Origin: Rickettsiales bacterium
GTDB lineage: Bacteria > Pseudomonadota > Alphaproteobacteria > Rickettsiales > UBA8987
Length of the DNA: 35,709 nt
Reading direction: 5' to 3'
NCBI GenBank assembly: GCA_028282625.1
Contig: JANQHP010000171.1
Span: 1 to 35,709 of the forward strand
Numbering within the stretch: the stretch's first letter is position 1; each line of letters begins with the position of its first letter. This document shows, one piece after another, positions 10,430 through 17,820 of the stretch. The translations under genes were made by a program, and so were the position numbers. The notes beneath the pieces are model-generated. The model saw only the letters and a program-made list of their open reading frames with translations, made no database searches and was not told the origin of the DNA.

Positions 10430-10992
10430 TGTTTAAACACCCCACCCTCTTGATACTATGCGCCCTCATGTTGGTGAGTGGATGCCGTACCGTGTACGAA
10501 ATTCCTAAAACACCGCCTGAGAATGCACCGCCAGAATATAAAATGGGCTGGAAAGATGGCTGTGAGAGTGGCTTTTCCACCTTTAGTAACTATTACATGA
10601 AAATGCTTTATAGCTTTGCCATGGATATCAAATTAATGCAAGAATCCAGCTGGTATAACAAAGCATGGAACGACTCCTATGCCTACTGCCGTAGCTATAT
10701 GAACCGATTGCTGGCAGGTGACACCTTTAGTACGAGTAGCCCAGCACTTTTTGCGAATGATAGCATGCGGCTAAAAGCCGGTGGTCGCCTGCGTATGGGT
10801 GTCGCCGTTGAGGGTGATGAGGCTGAAAGCTCGCTTTTTAGAGGCCTTAGCCTGCCCGGCTGGGACCATAATGGCTGGGGAGGTAACACAGGCTGCAAAG
10901 AGAATTGGCTTAGCACCGGCTTCTGGGATTGTCCGGGTATGGGCAATCTCAACACACAGCAATGGCCCATGGGTGAGAGCACCTGGCCTTAG
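10429..10992 (+). CDS. Lipoprotein, array paralog 5, with a Trp/Gly-rich C-terminal extension
   Basis: TAATG stop/start overlap with paralog 4. Lipobox MLVSG|C. Motifs PPEYKMGWKDGCESG and WYNKAWNDSYAYC, with 41 residues between the two Cys. An extra tail of about 95 aa follows the shared domain. Confidence 0.75.
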   Translation: MFKHPTLLILCALMLVSGCRTVYEIPKTPPENAPPEYKMGWKDGCESGFSTFSNYYMKMLYSFAMDIKLMQESSWYNKAWNDSYAYCRSYMNRLLAGDTFSTSSPALFANDSMRLKAGGRLRMGVAVEGDEAESSLFRGLSLPGWDHNGWGGNTGCKENWLSTGFWDCPGMGNLNTQQWPMGESTWP

Positions 10993-11282
10993 ACACCGTT
11001 GTGACATAGGAGAATGTTTTGCCATGTGTTTGATTTTGCTTAAGAACAAGAAGATTTTCGACAGAGATGTGGGGGCATCTTTGGAGAACATGTTCGCCGT
11101 TATTAGGCAAAATCAACCATGGCCCTTCGGGTTGCGACTAAAACCGCTATCCACTGCGTCTTTATGCTTGACCATAGGCACACGATGCTCTGCGCATCAA
11201 TCCTTGTGGAGTAACGATTTTAGTCCGCAACAAAATAATTTCCTATCTAACAACAGTGTCTAGGCAAGTGCCAAAACCATCC

Positions 11283-12560
11283 TTAAAAATTCTGCTTAAA
11301 CCACTGCACCATACGGTTAGCCATACTCTTTCTGGCCAGCGTTTCCGTTTCAAAAAGTGAACCCGCTTCCATCTGGCGCTTCTGCTCCGCATAATGAAGC
11401 AAGCCGATTGCCGTTGCAAAAGAAGGCCCACGGGTGGCCTCTGCCAAACCTTCTGCCGTTTTAGGCAACCCAGCCCTGGTGTGGCAATGAAACATCTGCG
11501 ACGCCAGTTCCTGCATACCGCGTAATTGCGAGGTGCCACCAGATAAAACCAGCCGGTTGCCAGCCATGGCATAAGGGCCGCCTTGTTGCAGCTTTTGCTT
11601 GACCATCTCCAATATTTCTTCTGCGCGTGGCCTTATAATGGCACATAAACGTGCCTTGGATACATGCTCACCCGCACGCTGCAGCCCAGGATAAGGCATT
11701 TCTTCTGACCCCACATCCAAACCAAGATCTTCAGCAGGCAGCTCGATATTTTCTTGGTTATCCGCTTCGGTATGAATCACATTGCCATACAGTGTTTTAA
11801 TGCGTTCGGCAGCCTGCACGCTGACCGAAAGACCATACGCAATATCATGCGTAATATGCTCACCGCCCAGTGGCACCGTATCCGTGTGCACCAAATGGCC
11901 TTTGGAAAATACTGCAAGCGAGGTGCTGCTTGCCCCAATATCCACCAGCAATACACCCAGTTGCATCTCATCCTGTGAAAGGCTGACCAAACCAGACATA
12001 TATCCCGAGAAAGCGGCATCTTCCATATCAAGATGGCATTGTGCCAAACAGCTTGTGATATTACGCAACACGGTCGCAGAAACCGTCACAATATGCAACG
12101 TAGTCGCCAACATCTTGCCATACATCCCGCGCGGATCATGCACGCCCTGCATATCATCCAACGTATAGCCAAGCGGCACACAATGCAAAACGGTCGCATC
12201 CGGTGCATTAAAATGCTCATATCCCTTGGCAATAATATGGTTGATATCCCGGTCGGTGACCTCATGGCCTGAGACCTGTGTATTGATATGTATGGTATGC
12301 GAGGTAATGCTTGCACCCGAAAAACTCACAAACACCGCATCAATGGTCTGCTCTGCCATTTTTTCTGCCAAATGCACCGCCGAAAGAATCGAGGTTTCCG
12401 CTTTTTTGATATCTGTGACAATACCGCCTTGAATCCCTTCGGCCACCTGGTGCCCTATACCCGCGATATGCCAGGAACCGTCTGATTGTGGCAACGCAAT
12501 AAAGCACACCACTTTTGACGTACCCAAATCGACGACTGCTATTGGTCCATAGCGGGACAT
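11283..12560 (-). CDS. ftsA: Cell division protein FtsA
   Basis: Actin/HSP70-fold FtsA: N-terminal IAVVDLGTSKVVCFIA, LLVDIGASSTSLAVF, LVLSGGTSQLRGMQELA, and a C-terminal amphipathic tail. 425 aa. Confidence 0.95.
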   Translation of the reverse strand: MSRYGPIAVVDLGTSKVVCFIALPQSDGSWHIAGIGHQVAEGIQGGIVTDIKKAETSILSAVHLAEKMAEQTIDAVFVSFSGASITSHTIHINTQVSGHEVTDRDINHIIAKGYEHFNAPDATVLHCVPLGYTLDDMQGVHDPRGMYGKMLATTLHIVTVSATVLRNITSCLAQCHLDMEDAAFSGYMSGLVSLSQDEMQLGVLLVDIGASSTSLAVFSKGHLVHTDTVPLGGEHITHDIAYGLSVSVQAAERIKTLYGNVIHTEADNQENIELPAEDLGLDVGSEEMPYPGLQRAGEHVSKARLCAIIRPRAEEILEMVKQKLQQGGPYAMAGNRLVLSGGTSQLRGMQELASQMFHCHTRAGLPKTAEGLAEATRGPSFATAIGLLHYAEQKRQMEAGSLFETETLARKSMANRMVQWFKQNF

Positions 12561-12603
12561 CGCACTACCTTATACCATAATGAAGCCACACGCATAAAAT
12601 AGA

Positions 12604-13500
12604 CTATTTTGGTACAATGAACAGCCTGTTTTCAACACGCAAATCAAGGGTTTTGATCTTACGACTAAGCAGCTGGTGTTGCGCGTGCCATTCCACCAAC
12701 TGCGCAAGTGCCTGATCCACACGCTGCTCAGGCAACAATACCACCATACCATCGCGTAAGCGTATATTCCATCGCCGGTTACCCACCCGGTAGACCGCAT
12801 CCAAAGAGGCAAATAGCAAGGGGTGTTGCTGCAACGCCTGAAGCAGCATGGGAAACTGCTCCGGCGCTTGTTCACCCTCCACCAACAACAAGGTTTCAAA
12901 CACATCATATTGCGCCTTTTCATGCCTACGATAAGGCGCAATCACATAGCCCGAACCATCCAAAAGGTAAAATGCCCCTTGGCGATGCCACAAGGCCACC
13001 GCAATGCGCTCTTCAATTTCAATGGAAAGGTGGTCCGGCAAACGACGTGTCACATGGGCAGACTTCACCCACCCGATTGCCTCTACCCGCCGCTGCAAGG
13101 CCTGCAAGTCAATTTGCATCAGCGGAATCTTGTTCCCGTTGTGCCAAAAAGCTTGATCGCCTGGAATTACCGCTTCCACCTCTTCTGCCAAAAGATAGTA
13201 TATCCCTTTAATGGTAATGCCGTGCAGGACCAAGCCGCTAGACTGGCTCACACGGTAAAGCACACCATCGTAATAAGCCTGCATCTCCTCTGTAAGTTGG
13301 TGTCCCTTAGGGTGAGTCAGCAAAAAAACGGTCAGACCGGCAAGCACTAAGGCCATCATCGTACGTTTGATATACCTTAAGGGCTTTTTAGCACCTTTAC
13401 GCCCTGCGGCTGTCTTGGCTCGCTTGGCAACGTATTTTTTGGGCTTCACGCGTCCACTTCCACGCTTAGACACTGTGATGAATGCGGCTGGTAATCGCAT
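12604..13500 (-). CDS. ftsQ: Cell division protein FtsQ
   Basis: Basic N-terminus, single TM segment (MMALVLAGLTVFLL), then POTRA/FtsQ-type periplasmic domain. Located between ddl and ftsA. The start is uncertain. ATG 13500 overlaps ddl by 55 nt, while GTG 13449 would form a GTGA start/stop overlap with the ddl stop. Confidence 0.85.
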   Translation of the reverse strand: MRLPAAFITVSKRGSGRVKPKKYVAKRAKTAAGRKGAKKPLRYIKRTMMALVLAGLTVFLLTHPKGHQLTEEMQAYYDGVLYRVSQSSGLVLHGITIKGIYYLLAEEVEAVIPGDQAFWHNGNKIPLMQIDLQALQRRVEAIGWVKSAHVTRRLPDHLSIEIEERIAVALWHRQGAFYLLDGSGYVIAPYRRHEKAQYDVFETLLLVEGEQAPEQFPMLLQALQQHPLLFASLDAVYRVGNRRWNIRLRDGMVVLLPEQRVDQALAQLVEWHAQHQLLSRKIKTLDLRVENRLFIVPK

Positions 13501-14429
13501 TGCGCACCTTGCAACAATCGCTCCACCAACCTAGGAAATGGCAGCCCTTTGGCCGCCGCTAATTTAGGCACCAAAGAAGTCGGAGTCATGCCTGGGTGGG
13601 TATTAATTTCCAAGACATAGATACGACCATCCCCTCCCACAGCCGGATCACTATAACGCATGTCCGTACGACTAATCGTGCGGCAACCTATTGCCTCATG
13701 CGCGTTACAGGCATAGGCACACGCACGCTCCAACACATCCTCCTCCACACCGGGCGGAGGCGAGAGATACTCCGTATTCCCGGAGGTATATTTATTCTGA
13801 TAGGTATAAAAACCCTCTTTGGGCTTTATTTCCATCACGCCCAAAGGCTCAACCGCCATGCCCGGCGCTTGCAACACGCCCACGGTCCATTCTCTTCCTG
13901 CGATATAAGGCTCCGCAAGCAGCTGCTTATAATGCGTGATAGAAGCGAAAATAGCCGGCTCATCCGCATCCGCGTCCACTATATGCACGCCCACGCTGGA
14001 ACCATCCTCTAGCGGCTTTAAAATATAAGGGCGCGGCAAGGGATCAACAAGCGTTTGACCCGTGCCCGCCAGCGATGCGACCTCTACCACCACACCCGGC
14101 ACCACGCACACACCCGCTTGTTCCATCAATATTTTCGCCGTGGGCTTGTGCATCGCCAGCGCACTGGCCCGCACGCCAGAATGCGTATATTTAAGGCCCA
14201 ATATTTCGCACAAGCCTGCCACGCACCCATCCTCACCATAAGTGCCATGCAACGCATTACACACCACATCAGGGTCGCACGCTTGAAGCTGGTGTGCTAG
14301 GTCCATCCCCATATCAATACGTGTCACATCATGACCAAGAGATTGACACGCTTCTGCCAAAGCCTTCCCTGTATCCAAAGAGACCTCACGTTCGCTGGAA
14401 AGCCCGCCCTCTACCACAGCTATATGCAT
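13446..14429 (-). CDS. ddl: D-alanine--D-alanine ligase
   Basis: ATP-grasp Ddl: MHIAVVEGGLSSEREVSL, ALHGTYGEDG, and C-terminal LEINTHPGMTPTSL. 327 aa. Confidence 0.95.
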   Translation of the reverse strand: MHIAVVEGGLSSEREVSLDTGKALAEACQSLGHDVTRIDMGMDLAHQLQACDPDVVCNALHGTYGEDGCVAGLCEILGLKYTHSGVRASALAMHKPTAKILMEQAGVCVVPGVVVEVASLAGTGQTLVDPLPRPYILKPLEDGSSVGVHIVDADADEPAIFASITHYKQLLAEPYIAGREWTVGVLQAPGMAVEPLGVMEIKPKEGFYTYQNKYTSGNTEYLSPPPGVEEDVLERACAYACNAHEAIGCRTISRTDMRYSDPAVGGDGRIYVLEINTHPGMTPTSLVPKLAAAKGLPFPRLVERLLQGAQCDYQPHSSQCLSVEVDA

Positions 14430-14479
14430 ATAAAATCCTTATAATTTAGTATTTTGTTATGTTTATTTTATGTATATAA

Positions 14480-16306
14480 TTAAGCACGAGAGCGCACATA
14501 AAGCCCCGGCGCATCCACGTGCTCTGCGCCGCGTAAGGCAACTGGCTGTCTTGCCTTAACGCTTTGCCCTGTGTGGCCATTTTGCACCATCCAGCGATCC
14601 CAATGTTCCCACCAGGAGGAAGCCTCATGGTGCATGGCGGAGGCAAACCATTGCTCAGCTTCTTCACCCGCCACACTGCCCTCCCAATACCCATAACGTT
14701 TTTTAGCAGGCGGGTTTACCACACCAGAAACATGCCCAGACTCTGTTAACACAAAACAGGGTGCTTGCTTCATATATTGCGAAGACGCATAGGCCGATTG
14801 CCAAGGCACAATGTGGTCCTCCAACGCCGCAAGAAAATAGGAAGGTGTCGTAATATTGCCAATATCAAGTGGCTTGCCTTTCATAGTGATCTTTTGCGGC
14901 TGAATCAAGGCATTCTCTTGATAAAACATCGTGATATATTCTTGATACATCTTCGCAGGCAAGTCGGTAACATCGTTATTCCAATATAAAATATCAAAAG
15001 GAAAGGGCTGCTTCCCCATCAGGTAGTTGTTGACTACAAAAGACCATATCAAGTCATTGGCGCGGAGCAAACGAAACACCAGCGCCATATCCTTCCCCGG
15101 CAGCACACCTTTTTTGGCAATACGCTCCTCAAAAGCATCCAACAAGCCCACATCCACGAAAGAGCCTAAATCACCGGTAGCGCCAAAATCGATAAGGGTG
15201 GTGATATAAGTCGCCGAGCGAATATGGTCGATAGAAACAGTACCAGGCCCCTTGGAAGCCGCCGAAAGCCACGCCAAGGTGCAAGCCAGTATTGTCCCAC
15301 CAATACAATACCCCATCACGTTGAGTTGCTTGGTTTTTGAAGCATGAAGCACTGCTTCCATGGCCGGCAGCACGCCATCTGCCATATAATCTTCGAACCG
15401 AACATCCGCATGCTTGGCAGTCGGATTCACCCACGACGTCACACAAACGGTATAACCACGCTCCACCAGCCATTTGATCAAGGATTTTTCCGGCGTAAGG
15501 TCCAGGATGTAATATTTATTAATCCATGGGGAAACGATCAACAAAGGTTTGGCATGGACAGTCGATGTCGCAGGCGCATATTGGATCACCTCCACCAAAT
15601 GGTTCCGAAAGATCACCTTTCCCTTGGTGGTAGCCACCGTTTTACCCAAGACAAACGCCGCATCATCGCAGGTCGAGGGCAAGTAGTAGCCTTGATCCTT
15701 CTGCGTCGAGTGCCGAAGATCCTCTAAAAATTGCTTCATGCCCTGCAAAATATTGTCCCCACCCGTGCGGGTAATCTCTTTCCATACCAAAGGGTTGGTC
15801 GCCGCAAAATTAGTGGGGGCCGAAGCATTGAGCCATTGTTGCGTATAAAACTGCATCCGCGCGTGTTGTTTTTCTGGTAACACATCCTGTGATGCCTGCA
15901 ATAAATTAGTCGTATACTGCACCGATAAAAAATAGGCTTGCTTAATGAGAGAAAAAACAGGATGCGCCTTCCAAATACCATCTTGAAATCGCCTGTCCTT
16001 CGGGTCTGGCATAAAAATTTCAGGTAAAGGTTCTCCTGCCGCCTGAGAAGAGATATTACCCCAGAGCGAAAGGGTGGATTGAAACCATTCCTGATAGTTT
16101 TTCCAAAATATTTCTGGCTTTTCCTGCGCAAATTGCATCCATGCCTGCATCATTTCATGCGCCGGTTGCATCGTATTCGTGCCATATTCTTCCTGCCACT
16201 GCAGCCAGAGCGTTTGAGATTCAACAAAAACCTCTTCCCAAAGCTTGGTCAAAGCAAGAAACGTTTCTTCCGAAAACGGAGAATGGGATACCGGACCATG
16301 CTGCAT
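14480..16306 (-). CDS. phaC: Class I poly(R)-hydroxyalkanoate synthase
   Basis: 608 aa. Lipase-box-like catalytic motif GYCIGGT, plus PLLIVSPWINKYYILDL and WNNDVTDLP segments typical of PhaC. Confidence 0.93.
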   Translation of the reverse strand: MQHGPVSHSPFSEETFLALTKLWEEVFVESQTLWLQWQEEYGTNTMQPAHEMMQAWMQFAQEKPEIFWKNYQEWFQSTLSLWGNISSQAAGEPLPEIFMPDPKDRRFQDGIWKAHPVFSLIKQAYFLSVQYTTNLLQASQDVLPEKQHARMQFYTQQWLNASAPTNFAATNPLVWKEITRTGGDNILQGMKQFLEDLRHSTQKDQGYYLPSTCDDAAFVLGKTVATTKGKVIFRNHLVEVIQYAPATSTVHAKPLLIVSPWINKYYILDLTPEKSLIKWLVERGYTVCVTSWVNPTAKHADVRFEDYMADGVLPAMEAVLHASKTKQLNVMGYCIGGTILACTLAWLSAASKGPGTVSIDHIRSATYITTLIDFGATGDLGSFVDVGLLDAFEERIAKKGVLPGKDMALVFRLLRANDLIWSFVVNNYLMGKQPFPFDILYWNNDVTDLPAKMYQEYITMFYQENALIQPQKITMKGKPLDIGNITTPSYFLAALEDHIVPWQSAYASSQYMKQAPCFVLTESGHVSGVVNPPAKKRYGYWEGSVAGEEAEQWFASAMHHEASSWWEHWDRWMVQNGHTGQSVKARQPVALRGAEHVDAPGLYVRSRA

Positions 16307-16333
16307 AGAACTTTTGCCTGATCGTATGTTATC

Positions 16334-16342
16334 TGGTATAAT
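16334..16342 (+). promoter_or_regulatory. Putative extended -10 promoter element (TGGTATAAT)
   Basis: Exact TGnTATAAT match in the phaC / Pro-rich lipoprotein divergent spacer. It lies downstream of the in-frame ATG at 16326, which argues for a GTG start at 16374 or 16380. Confidence 0.4.
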
Positions 16343-16373
16343 ACGTTATCTTTTACACGATAAATTAGGGCTT

Positions 16374-17108
16374 GTGAACGTGGTATTGCCTTTTCGCTTT
16401 CTATTCTTTTGCAGCGTCTGTTTGATCGCTCTTTCTGGATGCAACTGGGTCAAAAATACGTCTGAAAGGCTTGGGTCTTACTTGCCTACCTCCAAAGATA
16501 CCACACCATGTAAAGGCAAAATGTTCTGTAGCGATGAGGACATCGCAGCATCCGCTAAAGCAAGCAGCACATCCTATAGCAACAGGAAACCCGTCAATAG
16601 GCCTGCTCCCACCCAAGCGCAGGCATCCCCCGCGCAGGAAAGGGTGAGCCCACCCTACCCTAGCAACCCAGGAGCAACCCCTTATCCCTACCAATCCCCT
16701 TCCAATGCCGCACCCAATGCCGGCATGCATATCCCACCTGGTATGGTGGCAGTGCCCATGCCAGATAATTTTGTGCCACCTCCAGGCTCCATGGCCTTGC
16801 CTCCTTCTGCTAATACGCCACCTCAAGCATTTCCCGGGGCGCCTCCCTTTCCTCCAAACAACGCCATGTCCCCTTTTCAAGGCATGCCCGCACCACCTTT
16901 GGATGCCGGTGCACCACCCAAGCGCCTGGCGATTGATGCACATGGCAACCTCATTAATGCCGATACAGGCCAACCGGTTATACTGGACAAACACAACCAA
17001 CAAGGCTATAATGATAGCCGCTTAAAACCATGGGAGGCAAACCCGGAGTGGAAACATGACTTGCCCCCAAGTCCAGTTGATGACTTAAAAGAATCGTTGG
17101 ATTGGTAA
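16374..17108 (+). CDS. Proline-rich lipoprotein, unknown function
   Basis: Lipobox LIALSG|C after a hydrophobic h-region (PFRFLFFCSVCLIAL). The mature part is low-complexity and Pro-rich (PPGMVAVPMPDNFVPPPGSMALPPSANTPPQAFPGAPPFPP), followed by a short ordered-looking C-terminus. Start is ambiguous (16326 ATG, 16374 GTG or 16380 GTG). The tracked start at 16245 overlaps phaC and was rejected. Confidence 0.65.
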   Translation: MNVVLPFRFLFFCSVCLIALSGCNWVKNTSERLGSYLPTSKDTTPCKGKMFCSDEDIAASAKASSTSYSNRKPVNRPAPTQAQASPAQERVSPPYPSNPGATPYPYQSPSNAAPNAGMHIPPGMVAVPMPDNFVPPPGSMALPPSANTPPQAFPGAPPFPPNNAMSPFQGMPAPPLDAGAPPKRLAIDAHGNLINADTGQPVILDKHNQQGYNDSRLKPWEANPEWKHDLPPSPVDDLKESLDW

Positions 17109-17146
17109 AAAAGTCCCTGTAACTTAAGTAAAACAAAGGATGACAC

Positions 17147-17326
17147 ATGGCCCTAAAAAGGCACTATTCCCTTATAGCCGCCATCACACTCATCCCCCTA
17201 CTTTTAACAGGGTGCAGTACGGTCAAAGGGTTTTGGTGTAATATCACCGCCTGTCACCGTGAACAGAACATTGATTTGGAAAGACGCATGCCTGAAAACC
17301 AACCCTACCAAGGGCACAGCCATTGA
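17147..17326 (+). CDS. 59-aa Cys-rich small lipoprotein (absent from the ORF track)
   Basis: My own translation: MALKRHYSLIAAITLIPLLLTGCSTVKGFWCNITACHREQNIDLERRMPENQPYQGHSH*. AAGGA lies 6-7 nt upstream of the ATG. Canonical lipobox LLLTG|C, and three further Cys in the 37-aa mature peptide. Confidence 0.45.
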   Translation: MALKRHYSLIAAITLIPLLLTGCSTVKGFWCNITACHREQNIDLERRMPENQPYQGHSH

Positions 17327-17413
17327 TCCTAGGCTCTCCACCCTTGCCTACTAACAACATCTACCTGAATTTTGACCCATTTTTTATCACGTAACCTTAC
17401 ATAAGCTAGTCCG

Positions 17414-17767
17414 ATGGAACACTTAAAAGATATCTGCTACAATGAAGCTGGCCTTGTACCGGCGATTGCCCAGCGCCATGACACAGGCGAAGTCCTGATG
17501 ATGGCCTGGATGAACCAAGAATCGTTGGAAGAAACGGTCAAAAGCGGCAAAGTACATTACTGGTCCCGTTCCAGAAACAAACTATGGTGCAAGGGAGAAA
17601 CGTCTGGCAATACGCAGTCTCTCAAAGAGATTCGTGTGGATTGTGACCAAGATTGCATCCTGCTTCTGGTCGACCAAGCCGGCCCAGCCTGTCATACCAA
17701 TCGTCCCAACTGCTTTTTTTACAAACTCGAAGATAATGGATTTAAAATTATAAGCGATCCGGTATAA
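17414..17767 (+). CDS. hisI: Phosphoribosyl-AMP cyclohydrolase (monofunctional HisI)
   Basis: LVPAIAQRHDTGEVLMMAWMNQESL, YWSRSRNKLWCKGETSGN, and the Cys-rich metal site CDQDCILLLVDQAGPACH. 117 aa. Confidence 0.92.
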   Translation: MEHLKDICYNEAGLVPAIAQRHDTGEVLMMAWMNQESLEETVKSGKVHYWSRSRNKLWCKGETSGNTQSLKEIRVDCDQDCILLLVDQAGPACHTNRPNCFFYKLEDNGFKIISDPV

Positions 17768-17811
17768 AGCAGCCCTTCACTCTAAAAGATGACAAAGCGG
17801 CTTGACAGCTG

Positions 17812-17820
17812 TGGTAGAAT
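17812..17820 (+). promoter_or_regulatory. Putative extended -10 element (TGGTAGAAT) upstream of metE
   Basis: TGn + TAGAAT match. If functional, it predicts a leader of about 135 nt. The adjacent TTGACA (17802-17807) is only 7 nt away, so it is not a usable -35. Confidence 0.3.

Noticed and set aside
11111-11135. Small hairpin with a UUCG-like loop (CAACC ATGGCCCTTCG GGTTG) as the terminator for the array or ftsA
   Set aside because: It has only about 5 bp, a large loop and no flanking U-run on either strand.
11024-11263. Possible 79-aa ORF (MCLILLKNKKIFDRDVG...) in the 290-nt gap between the lipoprotein array and ftsA, with AGGAGA 10 nt upstream
   Set aside because: It has no signal peptide, motif or compositional resemblance to coding sequence, and it is part of a longer shadow frame overlapping paralog 5. 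It is kept only as something ribosome profiling could revisit.
17802-17807. TTGACA as a -35 hexamer for metE
   Set aside because: It is only 7 nt from the TAGAAT hexamer, and no acceptable -10 lies 16-18 nt downstream.
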